A stretch of DNA of 42,023 nucleotides from a virus: the IMG/VR virus record IMGVR_UViG_3300045988_159123, positions 1 to 42,023 of that record. The stretch is one strand, 5' to 3'. A program made the position numbers and the translations under genes. This document shows positions 8,707 to 19,936 of this stretch, piece by piece (the first letter of the stretch is position 1; the number at the start of each line of letters is the position of its first letter). Below the pieces are notes generated by a model that was not told where the DNA came from, searched no databases, and saw nothing but the letters and a program-made list of their open reading frames with translations.

Positions 8707-11700
8707 TTAATATTTGCTTCCAAATTTTCTATTAATATAATTAAAACATTGTTCAAGTTTCGCTTCATCTAACTCTTGTACATTAAAAACAATTTGAGGA
8801 GTGGTAAATATCATTTTTGATTCATCGGCTACTCTACTTATTATTCTTCCTTGTTTTGATTGAATAGCATTAAATAACTCTGCATACTTGCTTTTTACAT
8901 TTATATTTTCCAACTTGCTTTTTATTTTTTCACTCATATTATCTATTTGATTATAAATATTTTTTTCTTCATCTTCTAAACCTTTTTCAGATCCTAGCAT
9001 TACCATCTTAAATATTTTTCTTGTTTCTCTAGAAGGTGAGTGTATATCAAAGGATTTTTTTAGTCTAGATAAAATTCCATCTGCAATTCCTTGTGCTTTT
9101 GCAAATAGTGTTGGTTCTTTTGATTGCATTTCTGTTAACATTGGCTCCATTGCGTTTTTCATTGCTTCTTGGGTTTCTTTTGGCATACTATCATAAGAAG
9201 CAATTATTTGGTTTACTAAATTACTTGTTTCTTCGTCTATTTCTCCACCATACATTTCAGTTTGTGCTACCATTGCTAGCCAAGTTCCTAATTCTTTTTC
9301 TTGCTCTTCAGACATGTTTTTATACATATCTTTCCAAATATCTTTCATGTTTTCTTTGTATCTATAATTTTCATTTGATATTGCTTGGTTCTTATTTGAT
9401 GTTGTAAGTAATTTATTGTTTTCAAAACTTTCTATTGCTCCGTTATGTCTGTTTGTTTCCTCTTCTACCTTACTGTTATACTCTTGAAGTTTTGTATAGA
9501 ATCCTTCATTTTGTTGAGCTCTTTGTAAATATCCATTTGCATATGCTGCATTTACTTGTGCAACCTCATCATTTGCTTCTTGTATTGCTGTATTTTTTTG
9601 TTGCATAATTCTATTATATTCATTTGCATATGCTTCATTATCTAATGTAGCTTTTTCTCCATATCTTTGTTGTAATAAAGCTATCTCTTGAGTAGTTCTT
9701 TCATTTATTATTCCAATCTCTTTTGAAGCTTGTTCTTGAGCTGTTTTTATCCATTCTTGCGAATTTACTTTATATTCTTCTAAATTTCCTTGAAAACTCT
9801 GTGCATTTTGCACAGCTTGTTGAGTAATAGCCGAAGAAATATTCGTTTGTATTTCTAGTTCTCTATCTTTTAATTCTTTTAATTTAGCAAAATATTCGTC
9901 TAATTGTGTTATTTCTTCTTGAGTGTAATCTCTACGTTCATTTGATGCTGTTTTACATATTTCAGTTATTCCATTTTGTACTTCTTGCATATTTTGCTCT
10001 AGTTTCGTTTGCTCCTCTGAACTAGCAAATAATGTTGTATTAAATTCATCTAAATGAGATTTTGCACTAGAAATTCCTGTAACAAAATCTGTTGCACCAC
10101 TTCCAACATTAGATAAAGAATTTTTCGTTTCCTCTTCTGCTTTGTTTATTTGATATATAATTGCTGCAACTCCAGTAGTAATCGCTGCCACTGCAATTCC
10201 CATAGGACTTGCTATTGCACCAATTCCTTTCGCTAACATGTTTGCGCTGTTATTAGTAGATTCAACACCTGTCTTTAATACACCTACAGCTTGTGAAAAA
10301 GTTCCTATAGATTTTACAACCGTTCCTACTCCATTTCCTAATTTACTTATTATTTTTACAGCTGGACCAATTGCTGCAACTAAAGCAACTGTTTTTATTA
10401 CGTTTTTCTTTTCCTCGTCCGATAAATTTACAAATTCATCAACTAAATTTTGTATCCAACTTGCTAAATCTTTAATGTATGGAGATAATTCCTTTTGAAT
10501 TGCAATACCTGCGCTTTCTAATGAACCACTTAAGCTTTCTAATGCTCCTGCAGTATTATCTAACATAGTGTCAGCCATTTCTGAAGCTGCTCCATCAGCA
10601 TCTTCAAAAGATTTTGTCATATTAGACAATTCGTCAGAACCTCTATTTACAAGAGCTAGCATTCCAGATAATGCTTCTGTACCAAATATTTGTGCAAGGG
10701 CTTGATTTTTTGTTTCATCTGTTAATCCTGCTGTACTCTTTTGCAATGCTTCCACTATTTCTGTTAAGGATTTCATTGTACCATCAGAATTATAAAATTC
10801 TATATTTAATTGTTCCATAGCCTCTTTCACTTGCTTTGTTGGTTTTACAATTCTAACTAATCCACTTCTTAATGTTGTACCTGCTTGACTTCCTTTTATT
10901 CCAGCATCAGACATAATACCTATGGCTGCTGCTGTTTCTTCAATTGATAGTCCAACTGTCTTCGCAACTGGTGCTACATATTTCATTGCTTCTCCCATGT
11001 CTTCTGTTTGAGCATTTGTCCTTGCTGCTGCTTCTGCAAATACGTCTGCTACATGTGCTGATTCATTAGCTTCTAGTCCAAATCCTCTAATTGCACTAGC
11101 CGCAATTTCTGATGCTGTTGCAAGTTCTGCACCACTTGATGCTGCTAAATCTAGTAAGCCAGGCATTGCTTCCATTATTTCAGATGTTGTAAAGCCTGCA
11201 CTTGCTAAATTTTCCATTCCAGATGCTACTTCTGATGCACTGAAACTAGTAGAAGCTCCTAAATCTATAGCTTGATTCGTTAATTGTTCTAATTCGTCTT
11301 TAGTTGCACCTGATATAGCTTGTACTCTTGACATTTGTTTTTCAAAGTCATTTCCTGTAGTTACTGCTGCAGTTCCAATTGCCAATATAGGTAATGTTAA
11401 GGATGTTGTTAATTTACTTCCTACATTATCTATTTTACTTGATATGTTAGTAAATTTATTTCCAAACTCTTCTAGCTTTTTCCCTGCTTCGTTCCATTTG
11501 CTTGCTTGTAATTGTAGTTGTTTTAGTTTATTTTCTGTGCTTGCAATTTCTCTCTGAAGGTTTCTATAATTTTCTGGAGAAACTTTGCTCATATCTTTGT
11601 TAGCTTCTTCTTGTATCTTTTTTAATTGCGATAATTTTTCAGAAGTTGTTTCTATTGCTTCAGATAATATTTCTTGTTTTTGGCTTAATAATTCTGTGTT

Positions 11701-11847
11701 TTTTGGATCTAGCTTTAATAAGGAATTTACTCCTCTTAATTCTTTAGTTAAACTAGATGTAGCAGAATTTACTTTACTTATTGCTTTTTGTAAGCCTGAT
11801 GTATCTCCACCTATTTCAACGATAATGCCTTTTATACTGCCTGCCAT
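8707..11847 (-). CDS. Tape measure protein
   Basis: 1046 aa with coiled-coil ends and an Ala/Gly-rich hydrophobic centre. It lies after the tail chaperone pair. Confidence 0.85.
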   Translation of the reverse strand: MAGSIKGIIVEIGGDTSGLQKAISKVNSATSSLTKELRGVNSLLKLDPKNTELLSQKQEILSEAIETTSEKLSQLKKIQEEANKDMSKVSPENYRNLQREIASTENKLKQLQLQASKWNEAGKKLEEFGNKFTNISSKIDNVGSKLTTSLTLPILAIGTAAVTTGNDFEKQMSRVQAISGATKDELEQLTNQAIDLGASTSFSASEVASGMENLASAGFTTSEIMEAMPGLLDLAASSGAELATASEIAASAIRGFGLEANESAHVADVFAEAAARTNAQTEDMGEAMKYVAPVAKTVGLSIEETAAAIGIMSDAGIKGSQAGTTLRSGLVRIVKPTKQVKEAMEQLNIEFYNSDGTMKSLTEIVEALQKSTAGLTDETKNQALAQIFGTEALSGMLALVNRGSDELSNMTKSFEDADGAASEMADTMLDNTAGALESLSGSLESAGIAIQKELSPYIKDLASWIQNLVDEFVNLSDEEKKNVIKTVALVAAIGPAVKIISKLGNGVGTVVKSIGTFSQAVGVLKTGVESTNNSANMLAKGIGAIASPMGIAVAAITTGVAAIIYQINKAEEETKNSLSNVGSGATDFVTGISSAKSHLDEFNTTLFASSEEQTKLEQNMQEVQNGITEICKTASNERRDYTQEEITQLDEYFAKLKELKDRELEIQTNISSAITQQAVQNAQSFQGNLEEYKVNSQEWIKTAQEQASKEIGIINERTTQEIALLQQRYGEKATLDNEAYANEYNRIMQQKNTAIQEANDEVAQVNAAYANGYLQRAQQNEGFYTKLQEYNSKVEEETNRHNGAIESFENNKLLTTSNKNQAISNENYRYKENMKDIWKDMYKNMSEEQEKELGTWLAMVAQTEMYGGEIDEETSNLVNQIIASYDSMPKETQEAMKNAMEPMLTEMQSKEPTLFAKAQGIADGILSRLKKSFDIHSPSRETRKIFKMVMLGSEKGLEDEEKNIYNQIDNMSEKIKSKLENINVKSKYAELFNAIQSKQGRIISRVADESKMIFTTPQIVFNVQELDEAKLEQCFNYINRKFGSKY

Positions 11848-11856
11848 ATTATCCTC

Positions 11857-12129
11857 CTACATTCTTGCAACTAATTGATTAATTTCTTCTTGCGTAGCTT
11901 TTCTTACTCCATTTGTTGTTTTATCTTTATCTTTTTGTAAAAACGATATAAAAATTTTTAAAATATCTACATATGTCAATTCTTTTAAATCTTCTATAGT
12001 TATCCCTATTTTTAATGCTGTAGCAAAAAAATCGTGTTCTGGAAATTTTAAATTTATTTCTTCTTCGCTTTTTACTAATTTTTTTAATTCCTTAATAGCT
12101 TCTTCATCCACAAAAGTTATCGACGGCAA
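11857..12129 (-). CDS. Tail assembly chaperone, distal part (gpT-like region)
   Basis: Overlaps the 3' end of 12104..12499 in the +1 frame, with a TTG start. This is the typical position upstream of the TMP. Confidence 0.5.
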   Translation of the reverse strand: MPSITFVDEEAIKELKKLVKSEEEINLKFPEHDFFATALKIGITIEDLKELTYVDILKIFISFLQKDKDKTTNGVRKATQEEINQLVARM

Positions 12130-12499
12130 ATTCCGTTACCTCGACAATCCAATCATCTGTTGTATTGATTCTTTTAATTAATTTAAGCCAATCTTCATAT
12201 TCGCCAATTTTTGGATTTGCTGTGTAGCAACAAATATAGGCAATTCTTGTTACTGCTTCTATATAGTTATCAATACTTTTAAGCATTAATCGAGATAACT
12301 TTGTTGTTATCTCGACTTCTGTTATTTTTGGATTTTCTTTCTTTAATTGATTTGCCATCAAAGTTTGCATAGTTATAAAATTTTGTATTATTTCAAAATC
12401 TTCGAATATCCCTCTATTAAATTTTTTTCTATATTGAATATAAGTTAATGCATTGCAATCTATATCAAACTCTCTATCACAAATTTTTACTTTTTTCAT
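12104..12499 (-). CDS. Tail assembly chaperone (gpG-like)
   Basis: 131 aa, between the major tail protein and the TMP. Confidence 0.55.
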   Translation of the reverse strand: MKKVKICDREFDIDCNALTYIQYRKKFNRGIFEDFEIIQNFITMQTLMANQLKKENPKITEVEITTKLSRLMLKSIDNYIEAVTRIAYICCYTANPKIGEYEDWLKLIKRINTTDDWIVEVTEFAVDNFCG

Positions 12500-12541
12500 T
12501 TTGCTATTTTCCTTTCAAAATCAAAAATCAGTATAGCTTAA

Positions 12542-13126
12542 CTATACTGATGGTATCTCTGTTGGTTCATATACTTTTTCAAAGAATTTTTCATAAATTT
12601 CTTTGTTTTCTTCTGAATAAGGTAATTTTATTCTTACATCTCCAGTATCTGTTCTAGCAGATGTTGTAATAGATAATGTATTTGTGTTTGGTGTTTTAGT
12701 ATCTTCTGTTGTGTTTGCTTCTGTGCTTGGTCTAGAAACTGTTGTGTTATAATAACAGAATCTAGTTCCTGTTTGATCTCCTTCGACTTGATACATAAAT
12801 GCAAATGGAGATATTTTATCATTTACGTTTTCGATTATTGCTCCATTAGCATCTTTTCTTTGCCCTAATATTTCTGTTTCAAATTCTTCAGGTAGCTTTG
12901 CAATTTCCAAATCTCCACTATATCCATTATTAGCAAAACTCTCCCAGAATTTTATATTATCTGCATAAAAAGGCTCACTATCTCCTTCTGCATCCAATGA
13001 TAAATTTACTGCACCTGGTACCTTAAAAGGCGTTCCAAAAGTTATAGAACCATCCTCTCCAATAATCATTTTAGCAACATGTACATTACTTAATCCAAAG
13101 TAAACTCTATTTCCATCTTTACTCAT
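12542..13126 (-). CDS. Major tail protein
   Basis: 194 aa, after the head-tail joining genes and before the chaperones. N-terminus YFGLSNVHVAKM. Confidence 0.65.
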   Translation of the reverse strand: MSKDGNRVYFGLSNVHVAKMIIGEDGSITFGTPFKVPGAVNLSLDAEGDSEPFYADNIKFWESFANNGYSGDLEIAKLPEEFETEILGQRKDANGAIIENVNDKISPFAFMYQVEGDQTGTRFCYYNTTVSRPSTEANTTEDTKTPNTNTLSITTSARTDTGDVRIKLPYSEENKEIYEKFFEKVYEPTEIPSV

Positions 13127-13144
13127 ACTTTTTCTTCCTCTCTT

Positions 13145-13459
13145 TTAAATTTCAAAAAAATAACTTATCTGCCAAATTTTTTCATCTGACAGATAAGTCA
13201 TTTCTGATTTGTTCCAACAAACATCATATAAAATTTTGTTTTCAATCGTATTAATTAAATTTAAATCTATATAATTCATAGTTATATCTAATTGAATATT
13301 TCCTACTCTGTGATAAACTTTATTTTCTGCAAAAAAATTAGTTGTTTCTGTTTCCAATGCTACAGCATGTGGAGGATTGACCTCTTCTTGAAAATTACCA
13401 TAAGCATATTGTATTTTTTGTTCTTCAAATCTTTTTGCTAATTCTTGTAGGTTCTTCAT
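13145..13459 (-). CDS. Tail completion/tail terminator-like protein
   Basis: Called on position only. Confidence 0.35.
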   Translation of the reverse strand: MKNLQELAKRFEEQKIQYAYGNFQEEVNPPHAVALETETTNFFAENKVYHRVGNIQLDITMNYIDLNLINTIENKILYDVCWNKSEMTYLSDEKIWQISYFFEI

Positions 13460-13872
13460 GTTTTAGAACTCCTTATAATTGTTTCTTTTATTTCTTTTTC
13501 ATATAATTTGTTATATTTTTCTTCTACTGGCTTAATATGTGGTTGAGCTTTTGTATGTCCTCCGTTTTTGGTAGCATGTCCATTTTCCAATAAATGAGTT
13601 AACTGATAATTTGTTTTATTGTATATATCTACTATATATCTTCTCTTTGACTTCGTATATTTCTTTCTGCTCCATCCTTTCCAGTAAGGATTTTCTCTTG
13701 GTCCTTTTTTACTTGGTTTTCGTCTTGGAGATTCTTTTTTTAACTCTTTGACAGCTTCTTTAGATAATTTTTCTGTTGCTTCTTTTACTCCGTCTTCTAT
13801 ATCTTCAACATAATTTGTTAAATATTTTTTAACTATTTTAGACAAATTATCTATTTTTATGGAATTAGACAT
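13456..13872 (-). CDS. HK97 gp10-like head-tail joining protein
   Basis: Called on position, size and a basic central segment. Overlapping stop/start with neighbours. Confidence 0.45.
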   Translation of the reverse strand: MSNSIKIDNLSKIVKKYLTNYVEDIEDGVKEATEKLSKEAVKELKKESPRRKPSKKGPRENPYWKGWSRKKYTKSKRRYIVDIYNKTNYQLTHLLENGHATKNGGHTKAQPHIKPVEEKYNKLYEKEIKETIIRSSKT

Positions 13873-14173
13873 TATTAATTTTCCTTTCGCATATTAATAT
13901 AAGTTCATCAAGATTTTTCTTTTGAATACGAATTATCGTATATTTTACATCCATATAAATTAATTCTTGTTCATTATTATAATTTAAACTACTAATTACT
14001 AATCTCAAAGTAGGTTTATATCCGTTTTGATTTGCTTGATAATATTCATTTGCATATATATCTTCTTCATCTATAATCGGTACTTCTTTCTCTTCTATTT
14101 TGTCTATAGTTTGAATGCCATTTGTATCTTTTTTATATGTTGTAGATAACAACTTGCAACTTACATCACGCAT
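13865..14173 (-). CDS. Head closure / head-tail adaptor protein
   Basis: Called on position and size (102 aa). Confidence 0.45.
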   Translation of the reverse strand: MRDVSCKLLSTTYKKDTNGIQTIDKIEEKEVPIIDEEDIYANEYYQANQNGYKPTLRLVISSLNYNNEQELIYMDVKYTIIRIQKKNLDELILICERKINNV

Positions 14174-14492
14174 TGTTATCTACCTCCTCATTATTTTGTT
14201 TTTGATATTCTTCAGAAAACTGTAATTCTCTTAAGTTAGATTTATAGCGTTTTAGATATTCTGTTCTTTTATTAATATCTCCATCTCCAAAATGAGCCTT
14301 AACATATATTATTATTGTATTTTGTATTAAATCATCTTCTATGTTTTTATCGACATCTATATTTACTCTTTTTAAGTCTGATATTGCAGATTCGATAAGC
14401 ATAGTAATTTCTTTATCTTTTAAAGATGATGAATCTACTATACTCAAACATTCTTTAGCAATTTTCAAGAGTTTTTCTACTTCTTGTTTCAT
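14166..14492 (-). CDS. gp6-like head-tail connector protein
   Basis: 108 aa, immediately after the capsid gene. Contains LKIAKECLSIVDSSSLKDKEITMLIESAISDL. Confidence 0.5.
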   Translation of the reverse strand: MKQEVEKLLKIAKECLSIVDSSSLKDKEITMLIESAISDLKRVNIDVDKNIEDDLIQNTIIIYVKAHFGDGDINKRTEYLKRYKSNLRELQFSEEYQKQNNEEVDNNA

Positions 14493-14503
14493 TTATATCC
14501 CTC

Positions 14504-15676
14504 CTACACAGAAGGAGTTGTACTAATATATCCATTTACAAAAGCTTTATTATCTCTTATTTTACAATCTTCTCTTTCAATACCTCTAAATAATGTTAGA
14601 TCTTCTTCGAAAGCATTTAATTCTCCAATAGCTGCAACATTAGATGTATTAAGTGTTAATCTTTTTCTATCAAAGAATCTTATTCCTTCTTTTAAATCTC
14701 CAATTATAATTGGAATTTTATTTGAACTTGTTGGTAAATCTTCATTAGGTATTACTTTTACAGGAACTGTAGTTGCTCCTGCGCATAATCTTAATTGCAT
14801 AGGTTCAGCTGGATTAGGTTGTAATATATAATTGCCTTCGTTATCTTTTAATGTGTCTAAATATTGTAAGCCATCATCGTTAGTTACAATTACAGATGTA
14901 GATTTGAAAGCACTTCCTAATGTAACATTTAAAGTTTTCTTAATATCATCTAATCCATTTAATTCTTGTTCACTTTGTGTTTTAATTAAATCTAGAATTA
15001 TTTTATTTCTTGTTACTCTAGATTCATCTCCAAGCCATTCAACAATTGTATTAACAATGTTTGTATCTGTATCTTCTAATAATTCATTTGTAATTGGTAA
15101 ATATCCTGCATATTTAGATATTTCAAAATCCATTCTCTCAAATTGAGGTGTTGAAGATTTTGTTATTTTTCCTCCTTCACCAACTTTAGTAAATCCTGTT
15201 TGTTGGCTTCTTTTCTTAAAAGTTCTACTTCCTTTATTTGTAGAAACAATTTCTACACTTACTAAATCTATTAATGAAGCTTTTGCTTCTCTTCTTTGTT
15301 CTACTAAAGTAGAAATGTCTTCTGGAACTGTATATCCACCATCTGCTGGAGTTCCTTCGTCTAATCCTTTTGCAATATTTTTTATTTCTTTTGCAAATTT
15401 TTCTATTGAGCTTTCTTCTTTTATTTCTTTATTATCTTCTTTTTTGTTAGCTATATTTTTTTCTATTTCTTCTATGTCTTCTTCATTTAGTTTAGCAACT
15501 TTCTTTTCGTTTTCGAATAATCTTTTTTCAACTTGATATTCTTCTTGTAATTTTTCTATTTCATCTAAAAGTTCTTTTGCTTTTTCTAAATCTTTATTTT
15601 CACCATCTGTATATCCTTTCACTAAAGCTTGTTTGCTTTCAATTTTTGCTAAAAGTTCTCTCATTTTTTTATTCAT
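14504..15676 (-). CDS. Major capsid protein (HK97 fold) with N-terminal coiled-coil delta domain
   Basis: 390 aa. About 100 N-terminal residues are Glu/Lys-rich coiled coil. It follows the protease gene. Confidence 0.8.
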   Translation of the reverse strand: MNKKMRELLAKIESKQALVKGYTDGENKDLEKAKELLDEIEKLQEEYQVEKRLFENEKKVAKLNEEDIEEIEKNIANKKEDNKEIKEESSIEKFAKEIKNIAKGLDEGTPADGGYTVPEDISTLVEQRREAKASLIDLVSVEIVSTNKGSRTFKKRSQQTGFTKVGEGGKITKSSTPQFERMDFEISKYAGYLPITNELLEDTDTNIVNTIVEWLGDESRVTRNKIILDLIKTQSEQELNGLDDIKKTLNVTLGSAFKSTSVIVTNDDGLQYLDTLKDNEGNYILQPNPAEPMQLRLCAGATTVPVKVIPNEDLPTSSNKIPIIIGDLKEGIRFFDRKRLTLNTSNVAAIGELNAFEEDLTLFRGIEREDCKIRDNKAFVNGYISTTPSV

Positions 15677-15680
15677 AGTT

Positions 15681-16451
15681 TTATTCCTCCATTTTTTCTT
15701 TTTCTAAAAATAAAAAAGAATCCAAATTCTTGATTTTTAAATCAATCTCGGATTCTTCATTATTTTTATTTTTTTCTTTGCCACCATAATTTTTAGTAGT
15801 TCCTGCTCGTGGCTGTGCTGGAACTGCTACAAAAGACACTTCATAAGCTTCTTTTGCTCCATCTAGTGTAAAATAACATATCTTTTTGCCATCTTTTGTG
15901 TCATATTCCTGTCCCCAATAATGAGTACAATAATGCTTCATATTGTCTTCACCGCAAATTGAACAGTATGCATGTTTTGCTCTACAGCTTGTAGAAACTT
16001 CTTTCTTTATTCCTGCCTTAATTTCTGCAATTAAATCTGCATTCTTGTCTGTTTTAATCATATAGCATTTAGCAATCAACTTTGTGAAAATTTCTCCAGC
16101 TTCAGTTAGTTTACTTGAATCTTGTTGCAATTCTGTATCATAAACTCGAGCTATTTGATTATCTGCTGTTCTTTTGTGGTCTTTTATCATTGTTTTCCCA
16201 ATATAAAGTTTCTTTAAATCTTTTAGGGCGTTTAAGTTAAATGGTTCATAATTTCTATCATCTAAACCGTTATCTCCTAATATTAATTTAAATGTAAATA
16301 CTTCTTCTGCTTTTAGAGGAGCAAGAGTAAATTTATTGATTTTTTTAAGTTCATCATCTGTTACATCTTGATTTTCTACTTCTGCAGATTTACATATTAT
16401 TCCTTCTTCAAGAACTTTTTCAGTACTTTCTCCATACTCTTCTCTATCCAT
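15681..16451 (-). CDS. Prohead protease / scaffold-like protein
   Basis: Lies between the portal and capsid genes. The preferred start is ATG 16451 with RBS GGGGGAGG. No clear catalytic motif was recognised. Confidence 0.45.
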   Translation of the reverse strand: MDREEYGESTEKVLEEGIICKSAEVENQDVTDDELKKINKFTLAPLKAEEVFTFKLILGDNGLDDRNYEPFNLNALKDLKKLYIGKTMIKDHKRTADNQIARVYDTELQQDSSKLTEAGEIFTKLIAKCYMIKTDKNADLIAEIKAGIKKEVSTSCRAKHAYCSICGEDNMKHYCTHYWGQEYDTKDGKKICYFTLDGAKEAYEVSFVAVPAQPRAGTTKNYGGKEKNKNNEESEIDLKIKNLDSFLFLEKEKMEE

Positions 16452-17712
16452 TTTTTTCCTCCCCCTTTCCTTCTGAATTATTTGTATATTGTGTTCCCGC
16501 CAATTCAACAGGAATACTAGCCCCATTGCCAAGAAGTCTATCTCCTCCTGCAACTGCAGGTTTATCTAGATATGCTCTTGCTTCATTTGGTGTGTAAATA
16601 AAATTAGACACAGCTTGACTTAATGTATCTATCTGTGTCTTTTGATCTGCTCTTAACAGAACTGCTATATTAAATTTGAAATAAAATCCATCATCTATTT
16701 CTTCTCTTGAAAGAAGTTTGTAATTTAGTTCCTCTTCATATTGTTTTAAAATATAAAGCAATGTATCTTTATAAAAACTTAACTGTTGTGATTCAGAACT
16801 TGCATAGCTAGATTTTTCATAGTCTCCAATCTGGTTTGGTTTAATTCCAAATGCAGATGCAATTTGTAGAGCACTATATTTTTTCACTTCAACAAATTGG
16901 CTATCTGCCAACTTTACATTTAAAGGTGTTAGTGTTGTTCCAACTGGAATTGGAATAATATTTTTTACTTCTTCATCATTTAAATCACTACCAGCAAATT
17001 CTTCTATTTTGTTTTTAAATTTGATTAAATTTGGTTCAGACAAATCGGATGTGTATTGAACTACTGCTTTTGCAGTAAAACCACTTTTATACATTTGATT
17101 TAACATCTTTTGTGCTTTTACATTTCCATCTATTGTTAATTTAAGTTGATCTTTTACTGCTATTCCTTTTATTCCATCAAAACTCATAGAACTTTTTACA
17201 TGTATTATCTCTTCAGAAGAGAACTTATATAGCTTTCCTCCATGAGAATATATGTAGTAGATATCAGGTATATCAGATAAAACTTTTTGATCATCATACC
17301 AGATTTCTACCTCGTCAGAAGGAAGAATCCATAATGTCATTTTTTTATCTGCACCTTTTATCCATGCATAAGCATCACCAAAATGGTTTCTATTATTCTC
17401 CATCGTTCCCCAAAAAGTTGTTGCGGTCATATATGGATTTGGTCTATCGTGAATTGTAAAATATAATGGATGTCCTCTTGCTGTTACAACTCCACCGTCA
17501 GAATTATATTGAAATATTTTTAATGGTACTTTACCAACAGATTCACAAAGTAATTTCAAACAAGTAAAATATGTTACTTCGGATAAAGCTTTCTCATTTT
17601 TTCCATCTATTCCTAGAAAATTAAGCAATTGTTGTAATGCACTATCCTGATTTTGCTTATTTCGTAATACTTTTATTGCCTTTTTTATTCTATCTTTAAA
17701 TTTTATTTTCAC
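16444..17712 (-). CDS. Portal protein (HK97 family)
   Basis: 422 aa, directly after the large terminase. Confidence 0.8.
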   Translation of the reverse strand: MKIKFKDRIKKAIKVLRNKQNQDSALQQLLNFLGIDGKNEKALSEVTYFTCLKLLCESVGKVPLKIFQYNSDGGVVTARGHPLYFTIHDRPNPYMTATTFWGTMENNRNHFGDAYAWIKGADKKMTLWILPSDEVEIWYDDQKVLSDIPDIYYIYSHGGKLYKFSSEEIIHVKSSMSFDGIKGIAVKDQLKLTIDGNVKAQKMLNQMYKSGFTAKAVVQYTSDLSEPNLIKFKNKIEEFAGSDLNDEEVKNIIPIPVGTTLTPLNVKLADSQFVEVKKYSALQIASAFGIKPNQIGDYEKSSYASSESQQLSFYKDTLLYILKQYEEELNYKLLSREEIDDGFYFKFNIAVLLRADQKTQIDTLSQAVSNFIYTPNEARAYLDKPAVAGGDRLLGNGASIPVELAGTQYTNNSEGKGEEKNG

Positions 17713-17720
17713 TTTTCCTC

Positions 17721-19436
17721 CTAATTCCAGCCCATACTATTTAGGTAATCTTCCATTTCTTTGTTATAATCTATTGTCTCTTCTTCTTTAAATTTCATTT
17801 GTGTAATATGAGCATCTATCATTGCATCGACTGGATCTATTCTTTTATGTATTTCTTTCTTTTCCTTATCTATTTTCTTTTCACCAAAACTATTTTTTAC
17901 TATTTTTGCATTAGAAACACTATATCCTAGTAATTCTTCTTTTTTGTTATATTTTATTTTTCTGGATTCAATATTCAATTGCATATCTTCAGTTCCATCA
18001 TGTAAAAATCTTGCTGATTGTTTTATCTCTAAAAGAGGAACTCCAAATTCTTCTAAGTCGGATAAAAATCCATCTGCATTATGTGGATCGTATCCTATTG
18101 CTTGTATCTCAAAATCATATTTTTCAATAATATCTTTTAAATACTTAACAATAAATTTGTAATCATTCTTAAATGTTGCTAGTCCACCAGTTACTGTTAT
18201 TAAACCTTCTCTTTCCCATAAATCATACGGTGCTATATCAGTATTTACATGTTCTTCCATTCGTCCTCTTGGCATAAAAGAGTGTGTTGAAATAAAGAAC
18301 TCTTCAGCTTCTAATGGGATTTCAATAGCTATTGTTGTTAAATCACCACCACTAGACAAATCTAGACCTACATAGCATTTTTTACCAACAAAATCTTTTA
18401 GCTCTAATTCAGATTCACATTTTTTCCATTTTTGAGGACTTATGAATCTATCTTCTGTATTTTGAACCCATAAATTAAGGGACTTCGTCATAAAATCTCT
18501 TAATTCACTACCTCCCATGTCTCTAGCAGTTTGCATATCTGTAATTAGGTTTTCTAGCCCTTGTGGTGTTGAAGCTAAAAATGGATTTGCTTTTATCAAA
18601 TTTTTAGGATCAAATATATCATCTTTTTCATCTAATGCATATATATCAACAAAAAAATCATTTGCTGTAACAATTCCTTTTAATATATTTATACAGTATT
18701 GATCCATTTCAAAACAAGCACTATTTAGTTTGTCTCCTCTTGTTGTAATAATACTTATTAATGTTTCTTCTAATGCTCTTGTACCATTGTATATAGCCTT
18801 ATATGTTTTTGCGTCTGGATGTTGGTGGTATTCATCTATAGAAGCAAATATTGCTCTAAATCCCTCATCTAATCCACCTTCTCTTGATAAAGCTTCAATT
18901 GTACACTTTGTATCATTCGAAATTATTAAAGATTTGTAATCTTTAATTTCAAAAAGTTCTTGTAAGTCTTTATCTGCTTCAATAAACTTTTTCATTTCTT
19001 CCCATGCAATTCTTGCTTGTCTTTTCTTTGTAGCAACTGTGAACAATTTCCCATAATTATAACCGCTAAAACCTGCTATGTATGTTCCTTTAATACCATT
19101 TTCAAATGATTTTCCATTTTGTCTAGCCATACTTTTATATGAACGTCTAAATCTTCTTTTACCATTCAACTTTAACCATCCGAATGGACAACCAAAATCA
19201 AAAATCTGACCTCCAACAAGTTTAACTGGTCTTTTTTCAAAACCTTCTCCAATTGTTAGTGTTTCTGCATATTCTATTATTCTCTCAGAATATTCTGGTT
19301 TCCAAATATATGGAAAATCTTTTGTTCCTTGCCTTTTCAAATCTTCAAGATGTCTTTTGCATGCTAGAATATGCAATTCTCCCATTTTGTTTTCATCTAT
19401 TGTTTTCTTTGCATATTCTGTTACTCTGTCAATCAT
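17721..19436 (-). CDS. terL: Terminase large subunit
   Basis: 571 aa. Walker A-like SMARQNGKSF. Overlaps the TerS stop. Confidence 0.85.
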   Translation of the reverse strand: MIDRVTEYAKKTIDENKMGELHILACKRHLEDLKRQGTKDFPYIWKPEYSERIIEYAETLTIGEGFEKRPVKLVGGQIFDFGCPFGWLKLNGKRRFRRSYKSMARQNGKSFENGIKGTYIAGFSGYNYGKLFTVATKKRQARIAWEEMKKFIEADKDLQELFEIKDYKSLIISNDTKCTIEALSREGGLDEGFRAIFASIDEYHQHPDAKTYKAIYNGTRALEETLISIITTRGDKLNSACFEMDQYCINILKGIVTANDFFVDIYALDEKDDIFDPKNLIKANPFLASTPQGLENLITDMQTARDMGGSELRDFMTKSLNLWVQNTEDRFISPQKWKKCESELELKDFVGKKCYVGLDLSSGGDLTTIAIEIPLEAEEFFISTHSFMPRGRMEEHVNTDIAPYDLWEREGLITVTGGLATFKNDYKFIVKYLKDIIEKYDFEIQAIGYDPHNADGFLSDLEEFGVPLLEIKQSARFLHDGTEDMQLNIESRKIKYNKKEELLGYSVSNAKIVKNSFGEKKIDKEKKEIHKRIDPVDAMIDAHITQMKFKEEETIDYNKEMEDYLNSMGWN

Positions 19437-19936
19437 TCCAATACCTTGAATTTATTAAATTTATTTTCTTTTGGTGTTTCTTTTGGCTTTGGCATAACTA
19501 ACTTTGCTCTTGAAGATATTGACAATCCCATATCGTTTGCACAAGCTCTACATTGTTTTAATGCTCTTGCTTGATATTGCAAATATAAATCTATATCAGA
19601 CAATATTTGGTTCTTTTTGTCTTTTCTTTTTGCTTTCGCATACTCATCTTCTAAATCTCTTATTTTCTTAGTATATTTAATGTAACTTGTATTTGAAATT
19701 AAATAATGAGCTAGACAATCTTCATCTAGCTCAGTTATTATTCCAATATCTAATAAGATTTTAGATATTCTATTAAATTCTTTCTTTTCTTTCTCATTTA
19801 GATATTCTGGTGGTTTTACATCTATATAGTCTGTTGTTATTTCTGATTCCATTCTTTCTTTAATTTCTGCTTTACTTAAATGCTTCTTTCCTTTAGCCAG
19901 AATTAGATTTATAGGTTCTTTTGGTCTCCCAGCCAT
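19433..19936 (-). CDS. terS: Terminase small subunit (P27 family)
   Basis: The N-terminus MAGRPKEPINLILAKGKKHLSKAEI is characteristic of P27-type small terminases. Confidence 0.75.
   Translation of the reverse strand: MAGRPKEPINLILAKGKKHLSKAEIKERMESEITTDYIDVKPPEYLNEKEKKEFNRISKILLDIGIITELDEDCLAHYLISNTSYIKYTKKIRDLEDEYAKAKRKDKKNQILSDIDLYLQYQARALKQCRACANDMGLSISSRAKLVMPKPKETPKENKFNKFKVLE

Noticed and set aside
12104-12135. Canonical -1 programmed frameshift joining the two tail-chaperone ORFs
   Set aside because: The downstream ORF is in the +1 frame, not -1. The -1 frame hits TAA at once, and the 32-nt overlap window (CGGAATTTGCCGTCGATAACTTTTGTGGATGA) holds no XXXYYYZ slippery heptamer. The second ORF may start independently at TTG after GAGG, or use a +1/-2 event. 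This remains unresolved.
12634-12822. 62-aa alternative-frame ORF inside the major tail protein gene
   Set aside because: It is entirely nested in a longer, better-supported same-strand ORF and has no RBS.
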